Source: Bacillota bacterium (GTDB taxonomy: Bacteria; Bacillota; Sulfobacillia; RBS10-35; Bu92). Taken from it: a DNA stretch of 64,000 nucleotides. Positions 50,456 through 59,669 of this stretch are shown piece after piece; within the stretch, counting starts at the first letter, position 1, and each line of letters begins with the position of its first letter. Made by a program: the position numbers and the translations under genes. The notes under the pieces are model-generated. The model had not been told where the DNA came from and ran no database searches. It was given only the letters and a program-made list of their open reading frames with translations. The stretch lies in NCBI GenBank assembly GCA_014896375.1, contig JADBKN010000009.1:10397-74396 (forward strand), given 5' to 3'.

Positions 50456-51555
50456 ACCTTGCGCGTGCGCACGCCGAAGCGCTGCACCACGCGCGCCGGC
50501 GCGTCCATATACACGTCGATGCGCTCACCCTTGATGGAGCCGCCGGTGTCGGCCGCGAGGGCGAAGCCGTATCCCTCGACGTACACGTAAGAGCCGAGCG
50601 GGATCACTTTCGGGTCGACGGCCACGATGCCCTCGCGCACGGCGAGGCCCGTGGCCGTGCGCCCGCCCACGCCCGGTTCGGCGTCGCTGTAGGCGGTGGT
50701 GCGCATCGTCCAGCTCTTCACGTAGGGAAACGTCTGGCCGTCGACCGTCGCCTCGCGGGCAATGCCGGCGGCCGCGGCGTCCGCGGCCAGCCGCTGCGCG
50801 AAGACGGCCGCCTCAAGGCGCGTCGCGGCCGCGCGCGGGTGTAGCCGCCCGCCGCTGTCCGGCTGCAGGAGCCCGCGCTTCCATGCGGCCGCCACCGCAG
50901 GGGCGGCCCAGTCGTCGACCTCCGCCGCGTCCGCGAGGCCCGCCGGCCGCGCGCCGCCGGCGTTCTCATTGCGCGCGCGCCAGGCGATGACGGCCATCTC
51001 CTCGACGGTCAAGGGATCGTCCGGCCGGAAGCGGCCGTCGCCGTCGCCGCGCACGATGCCGAGCCGCCAGGCGGCGGACACGTACGGGGCGCACCAGGCG
51101 TCGTCGCGCACGTCGTCGAACGGTTCAGGGAAGCCCGGTCCCGGCCGGATGCCCAGGGAATTCAGCACGAGCTTGGCGAATTCCGCGCGCGTGACCGGCC
51201 GCTCCGGCTCAAAGCGGCCCTCCCCGGTGCCGCGGACGATGCCGCGCCGGTAGAGGTCGAGCACCGCCTCAGCGCCGGGCGCGTCGGGGGCGAGGTCGCG
51301 GAACGGCCATCCGGAGTCATCGGAGGGGGACGGTGCGGGAGGGGTCGATCCGGAGGCGCCGTGGAACGACGGAGCGACCTGTGGGGGAGGGTCGGCGGCC
51401 AGGTCGAAGCCGACACCCGCGCGCAACGGCGCGGCGCCGGCGGGCGGCGCGGCGTCGGGTGCGGCGAGGCGCGCGCCCGCGGCCGGCAGCGCGGCCGAGA
51501 GGGCGAGGGCGGCGGCGAGCGCGCCCAGCCCGGCTCTCCAGGCGTAGCGGCGCAT
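50431..51555 (-). CDS. Secreted S-layer homology (SLH x3) plus 3D-domain protein (lytic transglycosylase-like)
   Basis: Signal peptide, Pro-rich linker, SLH motifs (GIVRG..F.PE..VTRAE, FDDV..WCAPYV, ATRLEA), 3D domain TTAY..IVAVDPKVIPLGS..AADTGGSIKGERIDVY; SD AAAGGAGG. Confidence 0.88.
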   Translation of the reverse strand: MRRYAWRAGLGALAAALALSAALPAAGARLAAPDAAPPAGAAPLRAGVGFDLAADPPPQVAPSFHGASGSTPPAPSPSDDSGWPFRDLAPDAPGAEAVLDLYRRGIVRGTGEGRFEPERPVTRAEFAKLVLNSLGIRPGPGFPEPFDDVRDDAWCAPYVSAAWRLGIVRGDGDGRFRPDDPLTVEEMAVIAWRARNENAGGARPAGLADAAEVDDWAAPAVAAAWKRGLLQPDSGGRLHPRAAATRLEAAVFAQRLAADAAAAGIAREATVDGQTFPYVKSWTMRTTAYSDAEPGVGGRTATGLAVREGIVAVDPKVIPLGSYVYVEGYGFALAADTGGSIKGERIDVYMDAPARVVQRFGVRTRKVYLIAPPR

Positions 51556-51652
51556 GGCACGACCTCCTTTACTGGGTGAAATTCGCCAGCGCCGCCAGAT
51601 TCCTGGCCGCCGCGGGCTAGCAATGTATGGCAGAGAGGAGCCTTTTGCGACG

Positions 51653-52231
51653 ATGACGGGTGCGGGGGAGCCATCAGAAGGCGTGCGTGTCGCCGTGGGC
51701 AGCCGGCGGCGCGCAAAGGTGGAGGCGGTCGCCGGCGCCGTGGCGCGCCTCTGGCCGGGGGCGGAGATCGTGGCCGTCGACGTGCCCTCCGGCGTGCGGG
51801 AGCAGCCCGTGGGCCTCGCCGAGACCCGGCGCGGCGCGGCCGCCCGGGCCAGGGCCGCCCGGCGCGCGGCGGGCGCCGCCTTCGGTTTCGGGCTGGAAAG
51901 CGGCGTCGTCTGGCGCGGGCGCAGCGCGTGGGCGGTGAATGTCGTCTGCGCCTGCGATTCCGCCGGGCGCACGGCCTGGGCGGAGGGGCCGCGCTTCCCG
52001 CTGCCGCCCGCCGTCTCGGGCGCGCTGCGGGCGGGGCTCACGCTGGCGGAGGCGGCACGCTCCTGGAGCGGCGCGGCCTTTTCGCCGGAGCTGGGGGTAG
52101 TGCACCTGCTCACGGAAGGGGCGGTCGAGCGGGCGGACCTGTGGCGCGCCGCCGTGGCGCTCGCGGCCGCGCCGCTGCGCCATCCGGAGTGGTATGCGGC
52201 CGGCGAGGCGGGGGGGAGGCGCGGCGGATGA
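51653..52231 (+). CDS. Inosine/xanthosine triphosphatase (YjjX/DUF84-like), diverged
   Basis: VGS...AKVEAV, VPSGVREQP..ETRRGA, GLESG. Confidence 0.72.
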   Translation: MTGAGEPSEGVRVAVGSRRRAKVEAVAGAVARLWPGAEIVAVDVPSGVREQPVGLAETRRGAAARARAARRAAGAAFGFGLESGVVWRGRSAWAVNVVCACDSAGRTAWAEGPRFPLPPAVSGALRAGLTLAEAARSWSGAAFSPELGVVHLLTEGAVERADLWRAAVALAAAPLRHPEWYAAGEAGGRRGG

Positions 52232-52566
52232 GCCGGCCGTGGCGCCGCCCGACCTGGCTCCTCGTGGTGGAGGTGCGCGGTCACGGCGGCCGCGCGCTGC
52301 GCGTGCCGGTGCCCATCCAGGTCGTCGACCATCTTCTTGAGGACCTGGACCTCTGGGCGTGGCTCGCGGACCGCTGGCTCTCCCGCATGCGGCCGCAGCT
52401 CGGCGCGACGGCCGCGGCGTTCTTCCGCGAGGCCGGCGGGGGGCCGCTCTCCGCCGCCCTGCGCCTTGCCCGTCAGATCCTGCGCGCGCTGCGTCAAGAA
52501 GGGCCGTTCACGCTGGTCGACATCGAGGAGAGCGCGGGGATGCGGGTGAGCGTGCGCCTCTTCTAG
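52228..52566 (+). CDS. Hypothetical protein
   Basis: ATGA overlap with the upstream gene, SD GGAGG; C-terminal LVDIEE..G.RVSVRLF strand motif; family not assigned. Confidence 0.65.
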   Translation: MSRPWRRPTWLLVVEVRGHGGRALRVPVPIQVVDHLLEDLDLWAWLADRWLSRMRPQLGATAAAFFREAGGGPLSAALRLARQILRALRQEGPFTLVDIEESAGMRVSVRLF

Positions 52567-52616
52567 GGACGCTGCAGGCGCCGGGCGGCCGCGCGGGGGC
52601 CGCCGGCGGCGCTCCC

Positions 52617-53213
52617 TCAGCGCGTCGCGCGCCGCCGGCGCACCCACCACACGGCCGCGCCGAGGGCCGCAAGCGCCAGAGTGGCCGGCAGGAGCCAGGC
52701 GTGCAGGGCCGAGACGAGCTCGTGCCAGCGCTCGCCCAGCGCCATGCCGGCGAGCAGCACCCCCGCCGACCAGACGAGAGCCCCCAGTGCGGAGTAGAAG
52801 AGGAACGGGCCGAAGGGCAGGCGGAAGACGCCTCCCAGATAGGCGGAGACGGAGCGCGCGCCCGAGAGCAGGCGACCGGCGAAGACGGCCGCGCCGAGGG
52901 AGCGGTTGAGCCGCGCCTCGAACGACGCCACGCGCTCCGGCGGGAGCCAGCGGCGGCCGAAACGCTCAAGGAGCGGCCGCCCGCCGCGCAGCCCGATCGC
53001 GTAGGCCGCCGCCGCGCCGGCCAGCGTGCCCAGCACCGCCGCCGCCAGCGCGGGCCAGAAGGAGAGGTGGCCGAGGGCGACGAGGTAGCCGGTGTAGGCG
53101 AGGATGATCTCGCTGAAGACGGGCACGGCCATCGTCTCCAGGGCCAGCGCGAGGAAGAGCGCCCAGTAGCCGTAGGCCGACATGAAGTGGTCGAGGAGCT
53201 CGAAGGCGCCCAT
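52617..53213 (-). CDS. DedA family membrane protein
   Basis: LETMAVPVFSE, YAIG..GG, GRLLSGARS..AYLGG, F..YSALGA. Confidence 0.9.
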   Translation of the reverse strand: MGAFELLDHFMSAYGYWALFLALALETMAVPVFSEIILAYTGYLVALGHLSFWPALAAAVLGTLAGAAAAYAIGLRGGRPLLERFGRRWLPPERVASFEARLNRSLGAAVFAGRLLSGARSVSAYLGGVFRLPFGPFLFYSALGALVWSAGVLLAGMALGERWHELVSALHAWLLPATLALAALGAAVWWVRRRRATR

Positions 53214-53251
53214 GCGCCCATTCTACCAGGAGGCGGGCGCGCGGCGGGCGC

Positions 53252-53282
53252 GCGGACGCCCGGCCGGGGGCCGGGCGTCCGC
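53252..53282 (-). terminator. Hairpin closing the TPR/peptide operon
   Basis: 14-bp perfect stem GCGGACGCCCGGCC/GGCCGGGCGTCCGC just downstream of the peptide stop; no U tract. Confidence 0.55.
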
Positions 53283-53293
53283 AGCGGCGCCGC

Positions 53294-53437
53294 TCAGAAG
53301 ACGAAATCCGACACCATGGGTCCGTTGGGGTGAATGGTGTGCGCCTTGAGGTGAGCCGGCGCGGCCCAGGCGACGGAAGCGCCGGCGCCCAGCCAGAGTG
53401 CGAAGGCGAGCGCGGCGGAAGCGAGGAGTCGCTTCAT
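53294..53437 (-). CDS. 47-aa putative secreted Phr-like pre-peptide MKRLLASAALAFALWLGAGASVAWAAPAHLKAHTIHPNGPMVSDFVF
   Basis: ATG 1 nt after the upstream TGA; SD GGAAGGGAGGGA inside the upstream gene end; MKR N-region, hydrophobic core, AWA/A signal peptidase site; absent from the ORF track. Confidence 0.82.
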   Translation of the reverse strand: MKRLLASAALAFALWLGAGASVAWAAPAHLKAHTIHPNGPMVSDFVF

Positions 53438-53438
53438 C

Positions 53439-54980
53439 TCAATCCCTCCCTTCCACGTCGGTCTCGACGTCGTGCAGGCGCAGGAAGGCGCCCGCCGCGA
53501 CGGGATCCAGCCCCGTCCCGGCCTCCCGGGCGATGAGGCGCAGGGCCTCCTCGTGCGGATAAGCCGGGTTCGGGTGGATGTCGTAGGTCAGGACGATGTA
53601 GACGTTGGCCACGGCCAGCACGCGTGCCGTGCGCGGGATGGCCTCGCCGGCGAGACCGTCGGGGTAGCCGGCGCCGTCCCAGCGCTCGTGGTGCGCGCGC
53701 ACCGTGGCGAGCACGCCGGCCGGCAGGGGGAACATCGCGAGCATCTCGTGGCCGGTGCGCGGGTGGAGCAGCACGCGCTCGTCGTCCGGCCGGCGCAGGG
53801 CGTCCTCGCGGCGCGGGAGGGGCGGCAGGGCCACGACGATCTTGCCGATGTCGTGGAAGCGCCCGCCGTGGCTCAGGGCCAGGAGCTCGTCCGGAGGCAG
53901 GCCCAGGGCCTCCCCCAGGCGCAGCGCGTAGTGCGTCACGAGCGAGGCGTGCAGCCCGAGGCGCGGTTGCACGCTGCTGATGGAGTCGGAGAGGGAGAGG
54001 AGCGTCGTGAGGTAGTGAAGGCGGTCGCGGGTCCCGGCGGGGATGTGCAGCCGGCCGGCGCGGGGCGCGTGGCGGCGGCCGAGGACCTCGCCCAGCAGTT
54101 CCCCGACCTCCTTCCACGCCGCCATGCGCCCGGACTGCGCGTAGTAAGCGGCGGCGCGGTTGAGCCAGACGATGGCCTCCTCGCGGTCGTCGGCGGCGGA
54201 GGCGACGAGGCCGAAGAGCCGGCTGAGGCGCGCCACCTCGGCCTCGTCGAGCACGGCCACGCTCCCCCAGAGCGCGTCCAGCGCGCGCGTGCCCAGCTCC
54301 AGGGCCGCCTGCGCCTCGCCGCGGCGCAGCCGCACGTGCGCGAGCTCCGTGAGGTGCGAGGCCGTGTCGGCGGCGCGGCCGGCCGCACCCGTGAGACGCA
54401 GCGCCTCGAGGAGCGCGTCCTCGGCGTCCTCCGTGCGGCCGTTCTGCAGGTGGACCATGGCGAGGTTGTGCAGCGCGCGGGAGCGCAGCGGCGCGGAGCC
54501 CGTGGCCTCCGCCAGCGCGCAGGCGGCGCGCGCCGGCGCCTCGGCCGCGCCCCACTCCTCCCGGGCGATGCGGATGCCGGCCAGGGTGACCTGCACCTGC
54601 GCGGCCAGCGTGGGCGTGGCGCCCAGGCCGCACGTCTCCCAAGCCTCGAGGGCAGCGCCCAGGGCCGCATCGAGCTGGCCGGTCTGGTAGAGCGTGAGGG
54701 CGAGGTTGAGGCGGGCCTTGACGCGGTCTTCCGGAGGGACGGCGGCGTCGGCGGCGGCCGCCAGGGCGGCCTCCAATTGCGCGCGCGCATTCTCGTAGTC
54801 CCGGATGGAGGCGTACGCGGCGCTCAGGGCATTGCTGGCCTTCACAAAGCCGGCCGCGTCGCCGGCGGCGCGGGCCTCGCGGCGCCACGCGGAGAAGGCG
54901 TCCAACGCCGCGATGGGCAGGCCCCGCCGCAGGTACGCCGCGCCCAGCGCGCGCTTGTCCCCGATGGTGGTGGGTGTCAC
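53439..54980 (-). CDS. Cytoplasmic TPR-repeat protein with C-terminal HD-GYP domain (partly degenerate)
   Basis: About 7 TPR-like repeats of about 40 aa with Asn in helix A (SNAL, RLNL, LHNL); FHDIGK, HHERWDGAGYP; GTG start after GGGAGG. Confidence 0.87.
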   Translation of the reverse strand: MTPTTIGDKRALGAAYLRRGLPIAALDAFSAWRREARAAGDAAGFVKASNALSAAYASIRDYENARAQLEAALAAAADAAVPPEDRVKARLNLALTLYQTGQLDAALGAALEAWETCGLGATPTLAAQVQVTLAGIRIAREEWGAAEAPARAACALAEATGSAPLRSRALHNLAMVHLQNGRTEDAEDALLEALRLTGAAGRAADTASHLTELAHVRLRRGEAQAALELGTRALDALWGSVAVLDEAEVARLSRLFGLVASAADDREEAIVWLNRAAAYYAQSGRMAAWKEVGELLGEVLGRRHAPRAGRLHIPAGTRDRLHYLTTLLSLSDSISSVQPRLGLHASLVTHYALRLGEALGLPPDELLALSHGGRFHDIGKIVVALPPLPRREDALRRPDDERVLLHPRTGHEMLAMFPLPAGVLATVRAHHERWDGAGYPDGLAGEAIPRTARVLAVANVYIVLTYDIHPNPAYPHEEALRLIAREAGTGLDPVAAGAFLRLHDVETDVEGRD

Positions 54981-55090
54981 GCGCCTCGCCTCCCGTCCTC
55001 GGACCGCCGGCGGGGAGAGGCCTTGGGGGAGCGCCGTCCGGGGGGCCGGACGCCGCACGGGCGCCGGAAGAAGGCGAGCGCGCGACGCGG

Positions 55091-55175
55091 CGGCAGCCGG
55101 ACGATCCTAGCCCGAAGGCCGTAGACTCCTGGCTTTGCGTCCCCGCCTTTCGACGGGTTTGCCCTTTTCGCCGTT
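55091..55175 (-). ncRNA. Cyclic di-GMP-I (GEMM-I) riboswitch aptamer
   Basis: Minus strand reads AAGGGCAAAC-CCGTC-GAAA-GGCGGG-GACGCAAAGCC-AGGAG-TCTAC-GGCC-TTCG-GGCT-AGGA-TCGTCC-GGCTGCCG: GNRA tetraloop, receptor-like motif, and G20/A47/C92 equivalents present. Confidence 0.92.
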
Positions 55176-55314
55176 GACATGGGAAAATACGGCGCCCTGC
55201 CGCCGCCTTCCTCCTTTTTCCTTGAAATTTGGGGGCGCACGGCAGGTGCTGACGGGCCGCGCGGCCGGCCGCCGGCGCGCCACGGTGGGGCGCGTGAGCG
55301 GCCCGAGCCTTAAA

Positions 55315-55343
55315 TTGACGCTCATTTGGGCGTCCGATATAAT
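55315..55343 (+). promoter_or_regulatory. SigmaA promoter of the nuo operon
   Basis: TTGACG-N17-TATAAT. Confidence 0.88.
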
Positions 55344-55372
55344 GGCGCCGGCGATCGAACGGGGGACGCTGC

Positions 55373-55729
55373 ATGCCGCTGTACGTCGACCTTGTCGTCT
55401 TCCTTTTGGCCGGGTTCACCTTCCCGCTCGTCAACGTCCTCTTGTCGAAGCTCGTCCGGCGGGACTACCCGGACCCGCTCAAGGAGGTCTCGTATGAGAG
55501 CGGCATCGTCCCGATCGGCGACGCTCGTGTACGGTATCACATTCACTATTACATCTTCGCCCTCGTCTTCCTCGTGTTCGACGTCGAGGGTCTTTTCCTT
55601 TTCCCCTGGGCCGTCGTGTTCAAGCAGCTGAATCCGGCCGTCGCCTTCGGGGAAGCCGTCGTCTTCATCGCGATGCTGGTCGTCGGTCTCGTCTACGCGT
55701 GGAAGAAGAAGGTATTGACATGGATCTGA
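55373..55729 (+). CDS. nuoA: NADH-quinone oxidoreductase subunit A
   Basis: YESG, FLVFDVE, YAWKK. Confidence 0.95.
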   Translation: MPLYVDLVVFLLAGFTFPLVNVLLSKLVRRDYPDPLKEVSYESGIVPIGDARVRYHIHYYIFALVFLVFDVEGLFLFPWAVVFKQLNPAVAFGEAVVFIAMLVVGLVYAWKKKVLTWI

Positions 55730-56304
55730 AGCGCCGCCTCCATCCCGCGGAATGGTTCCAGCCGGCGGTCCGGAGCGCTCCCGGAGGTGTGGCGCCGGCC
55801 ATCGAGGGCCGCGACTCCGAACGCCTGCCGCCTGTCTGGCAGCACCTGCCCGGCGTCTTCACCACGAACGCCCAGGCGCTCATCAACTGGAGCCGGGCGA
55901 ACTCCGTCTGGTACATGACGTTCGGCATCGCCTGCTGCGCCATCGAGATGATGCACACGGGCGGGCCGCGCTTCGACTTCGACCGCTTCGGCATGATCCC
56001 GCGCGCCTCGCCCCGGCAGTCGGACCTCATGTTCGTCGCCGGCACCGTGACGGAGAAGATGGCGCCCGTCATCCGCCAGCTGTATGAGCAGATGGCCGAG
56101 CCGCGCTGGGTTGTCGCCATGGGCGGCTGCGCGTCGAACGGCGGGCCGTACCACACCGGCTATAACGTCGTCGACGGGGTCGACAAGATCGTGCCGGTCG
56201 ACGTGTACGTGCCCGGCTGCCCGCCGTCGCCGGAGGCGCTCCTGCACGGCGTGCTGCTCCTTCAGGAGAAGATCCGGCGCGCCGCCTTGACGCAGGCCCG
56301 CTGA
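55720..56304 (+). CDS. nuoB: NADH-quinone oxidoreductase subunit B
   Basis: [22 protein letters not shown]. Confidence 0.96.
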   Translation: MDLKRRLHPAEWFQPAVRSAPGGVAPAIEGRDSERLPPVWQHLPGVFTTNAQALINWSRANSVWYMTFGIACCAIEMMHTGGPRFDFDRFGMIPRASPRQSDLMFVAGTVTEKMAPVIRQLYEQMAEPRWVVAMGGCASNGGPYHTGYNVVDGVDKIVPVDVYVPGCPPSPEALLHGVLLLQEKIRRAALTQAR

Positions 56305-56361
56305 GCGGCGGCCGCCCCGCGCGGGCGGGTTTGATCTTTTGGCGAGTGCGAGGGATTGGCC

Positions 56362-57018
56362 ATGGACGAGGAAACGCAAGGCGCCGCCGAGGGCGGCGCA
56401 AATGCTGCCCGGCCGCCGGAAGGTGCGCGGCCCCGGCCCGCGTCCGGGTCCGCTGCAGCGCCCGGCACGGCCGGGGCTGCGCGCGGCGGGGCGGCCGCGG
56501 CGGCGCCCGCGGCGCCGCCGGCCCTGCCGCCCGAGCTGCAGAGGCTCTTCGACCGCGTCAAGGAGCAGCTGCCGGACGTGGAGCGCGATGAACGCGTCCA
56601 CGGCGCGCTTGGCCTGCGCGTCGCGCCCGAGCGCGCGCACGCGGTGCTGGCCGCCCTGCGTGACATGGACGGCGTGCGCTGCAACTACCTCTCCAACCTC
56701 GCGGCCGTCGACTGGAAAGACGCCATCGAGGTGGCGTACCACCTTTTCAACCTCGACGACCCGTCGGTGCGCATCGTCGTCAAGGTGAGGCTGCCCTACC
56801 AGGGCGACGAGGAACCGGAGGTCGACAGCGTCACCGACATCTGGCCGACGGCCAACTGGCACGAGCGGGAGGCCTACGATCTCCTCGGCGTGCGCTTCCG
56901 CGGCCACCCGGACCTGCGGCGCATCCTCCTGCCGGAGACGTACCAGGGCGGGCACCCGTTGCGGAAGTCGTTCGTGGATCGCCGGCCGAAGCGGCAGCGG
57001 CTCGTGCGGCCGCGGTGA
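56362..57018 (+). CDS. nuoC: NADH-quinone oxidoreductase subunit C
   Basis: [26 protein letters not shown]; Ala/Pro-rich N-terminal extension. Confidence 0.94.
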   Translation: MDEETQGAAEGGANAARPPEGARPRPASGSAAAPGTAGAARGGAAAAAPAAPPALPPELQRLFDRVKEQLPDVERDERVHGALGLRVAPERAHAVLAALRDMDGVRCNYLSNLAAVDWKDAIEVAYHLFNLDDPSVRIVVKVRLPYQGDEEPEVDSVTDIWPTANWHEREAYDLLGVRFRGHPDLRRILLPETYQGGHPLRKSFVDRRPKRQRLVRPR

Positions 57019-58199
57019 AGGGGGTGGGCGCGGTGGCGGAACATCCGAAGCTGCAAGGCGTGTACTCGCCGGAAGAGGCCGCGCAGGCGGCCCGGGAGGG
57101 CACCGTCGAGCCCCTCACGATCAACCTCGGTCCCCAGCATCCCAGCACGCACGGGGTGTTGCGCGTGATCACCACCCTGGATGGCGAGACGGTGCTGAAG
57201 GCCGACCCGGACATCGGCTACCTGCACCGCAACTGGGAGAAGATCGTCGAGTCCTGGCACTATCCGCAGATCGTGCCGTTCTCCGACCGCAACGACTACC
57301 TCTCGGCCATCTTCAACGAGTGGCTCGTCTGCCGGGCGGTGGAGGAGGCCATGGGCATCGAGCTGACGGAGCGGGCGCAGGTGTTGCGCACCGTCTTCGC
57401 GGAGCTCAACCGCCTGGTCAGCCACCAGATGTGGTTCGGCACGTACGCGATGGACATCGGCGCCTTCACGCCGTTCCTTTACGCGCTGCGCGACCGCGAA
57501 TGGGCCTACGACCTCTTCGAAAAGGCCACCGGGGCGCGCCAGCTGTACGCCTACTTCCGTATCGGCGGGCTGCGCAACGACGTCTCGGACGCCTGGGTTC
57601 AGGAGCTGCGCGACTATCTGGATTACTTCGAGCGCGAGGCCTACCCGGCGTACATGGACCTCCTTTACAACAACGAGATCTTCCGCGTGCGCAGCGAGGG
57701 CGTGGGGGTCGTCCCGAAGGAGGTCGCGATCGCCTATGGCGCGAGCGGCCCCATGCTGCGCGCCTCCGGGGTGCGGCACGACATCCGCCGCGTTGAGCGT
57801 TACGGGGTCTATGACCGCTGCGACTTCGACATCCCCGTGGGCAAGAACGGCGACAACCTCGACCGCGCCACGGTGCGCATGAAGGAGATGATCGAGTCGA
57901 TCAAGATCATCCGGCAGTGCCTGGACATGCTGCCGGAGGGCGAGGTCTTCTCGCCCAAGACGCCGCGCGTCATCAAGGTGCCGGAGGGCGACTGGTACGT
58001 GCGGGTGGAGAGCCCGCGCGGCGAGATCGGGCTCTGGCTCGTGAGCACGGGCGGCCTCCAGCCCTACCGCATGAAGTGGCGCGCCCCCTCTTTTGTGAAC
58101 CTGCAGCTCCTGAACTACATGACGCGCGGGGAGAAGATCGCCGACCTGATCGCCTCCCTCGGCACGATCGACATCATTCTGGGGGAGGTCGACCGCTGA
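57015..58199 (+). CDS. nuoD: NADH-quinone oxidoreductase subunit D
   Basis: [28 protein letters not shown]; no NiFe CxxC motifs; start may be 57033. Confidence 0.96.
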   Translation: MKGVGAVAEHPKLQGVYSPEEAAQAAREGTVEPLTINLGPQHPSTHGVLRVITTLDGETVLKADPDIGYLHRNWEKIVESWHYPQIVPFSDRNDYLSAIFNEWLVCRAVEEAMGIELTERAQVLRTVFAELNRLVSHQMWFGTYAMDIGAFTPFLYALRDREWAYDLFEKATGARQLYAYFRIGGLRNDVSDAWVQELRDYLDYFEREAYPAYMDLLYNNEIFRVRSEGVGVVPKEVAIAYGASGPMLRASGVRHDIRRVERYGVYDRCDFDIPVGKNGDNLDRATVRMKEMIESIKIIRQCLDMLPEGEVFSPKTPRVIKVPEGDWYVRVESPRGEIGLWLVSTGGLQPYRMKWRAPSFVNLQLLNYMTRGEKIADLIASLGTIDIILGEVDR

Positions 58200-59182
58200 T
58201 GCAGCCGGAGTGGATGGCCCCCTGGCTCTGGACGCTCATCCTCGCGGTCGTGAAGACGATCGTCGTCATCGCGTTCGTCTCCCTCAACGCCGCCGTCCTC
58301 ATCTGGCTTGAACGCAAGGTCTCCGGGCACATGCAGAACCGCGTGGGGCCGCTGCGCGTGGGCGGTCCGGCCGGCATTCTGCAATCCGTCGCGGACATCA
58401 TCAAGCTGCTCGCCAAAGAGGACTTCGTGCCGCAGCGCGGCGACCGCTGGATCTGGTGGCTGGCGCCGTCCGTGGCCTTCGCGCCGGCGTTTCTCGTGTT
58501 CTGGGTGCTGCCCTTCGGGCCGCATCTCGTGGTGGAGGACTTCAACGTCGGCCTCATCTTCATCACGGCCGTGACATCTTTCACGCTGCTCTCGATCTTC
58601 ATGGCCGGCTGGGGCTCGAACGACAAATACTCCTTGATCGGCGCGATGCGCGCCGGCGCGCAGCTCTTCAGCTACGAGATCCCGATGGCCATGGCGCTTG
58701 TGGCCGTGGCGCTGGCCACAGGCACGCTGAACCTCACGGCGATCGTGGAGAAGCAGCGGCACATGTGGCTCATCGTGCCGCAGATCCTGGCCTTCCTGGT
58801 CTTCTACATCAGCTCCGTGGCGGAGCTCAACCGCACGCCCTTCGACCTCGCGGAGGCGGAGTCGGAGCTCGTCGCCGGCTACCACACGGAGTACTCCGGC
58901 ATCCGCTGGTCGATGTTCTTCTTTGCCGAGTACACGAACCTTTTGACGAGCTCGGCCCTCGCCGCCATCCTCTTCCTCGGCGGCTGGCACGGGCCGTGGC
59001 TGCCGGGCTGGGCGTGGCTGCTCATCAAGACGTACCTTCTGGTCTTTGTGGGCATGTGGATCCGCTGGACGCTGCCGCGCGTGCGCATCGACCAGCTCAT
59101 GGACCTCGGCTGGAAGTTCCTCCTGCCGGTCTCGCTCGTCAACATCGCGGCCACGGGCCTGTATCTCGTCGTGGTGAGGTGA
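58199..59182 (+). CDS. nuoH: NADH-quinone oxidoreductase subunit H
   Basis: ERKV..Q.RVGP, PFDLAEAESELVAGY, TLPRVRIDQ. Confidence 0.96.
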   Translation: MQPEWMAPWLWTLILAVVKTIVVIAFVSLNAAVLIWLERKVSGHMQNRVGPLRVGGPAGILQSVADIIKLLAKEDFVPQRGDRWIWWLAPSVAFAPAFLVFWVLPFGPHLVVEDFNVGLIFITAVTSFTLLSIFMAGWGSNDKYSLIGAMRAGAQLFSYEIPMAMALVAVALATGTLNLTAIVEKQRHMWLIVPQILAFLVFYISSVAELNRTPFDLAEAESELVAGYHTEYSGIRWSMFFFAEYTNLLTSSALAAILFLGGWHGPWLPGWAWLLIKTYLLVFVGMWIRWTLPRVRIDQLMDLGWKFLLPVSLVNIAATGLYLVVVR

Positions 59183-59189
59183 CGTCACA

Positions 59190-59669
59190 ATGAGTCTCGT
59201 CCAGCAGCTGGCGCGCACGGCGGCGACGATGGCCAAGGGCCACCTGGTGACGCTGCGGGAGCTCTTCCGCAAGCCGATGACGATCCACTACCCGGATGAG
59301 CCGGTGCCGCATCCCGTGGGCTTCCGCAGCATCCCCGTGCTCAAGGTGAACGAGGAGTCAGGGAAGCTCAACTGCACGGCCTGCGGCCTCTGCGCGCGCT
59401 CCTGCCCGCCGGCCATCATCTTCGTCGAGTCGTTCATCGGCGAGGACGGCCGGCGCAAGCAGTGGCCGGCGAAGTTCGACTTGGACCTTTCCCGCTGCAT
59501 GGTGTGCAACCTCTGCGTGGAGGCCTGCCCCTTCGACGCCCTGGAGATGTCGGAGGACGCCGAACTGTCCGCGTACACCATCGAGGACCTCTACTTCACC
59601 ATGGACGAGCTGGCGGCGCTCTGGAAGACGTCGCGCTCCGTGCGCATCGCCGGGGGGCAGAAGGTATGA
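59190..59669 (+). CDS. nuoI: NADH-quinone oxidoreductase subunit I
   Basis: CTACGLCARSCP and CMVCNLCVEACP ferredoxin motifs. Confidence 0.95.
   Translation: MSLVQQLARTAATMAKGHLVTLRELFRKPMTIHYPDEPVPHPVGFRSIPVLKVNEESGKLNCTACGLCARSCPPAIIFVESFIGEDGRRKQWPAKFDLDLSRCMVCNLCVEACPFDALEMSEDAELSAYTIEDLYFTMDELAALWKTSRSVRIAGGQKV

Noticed and set aside
57015..58199. Group 4 NiFe hydrogenase large subunit
   Set aside because: No CxxC Ni-binding motifs; has the NuoD quinone-site motif HPSTHG and a GEVDR end
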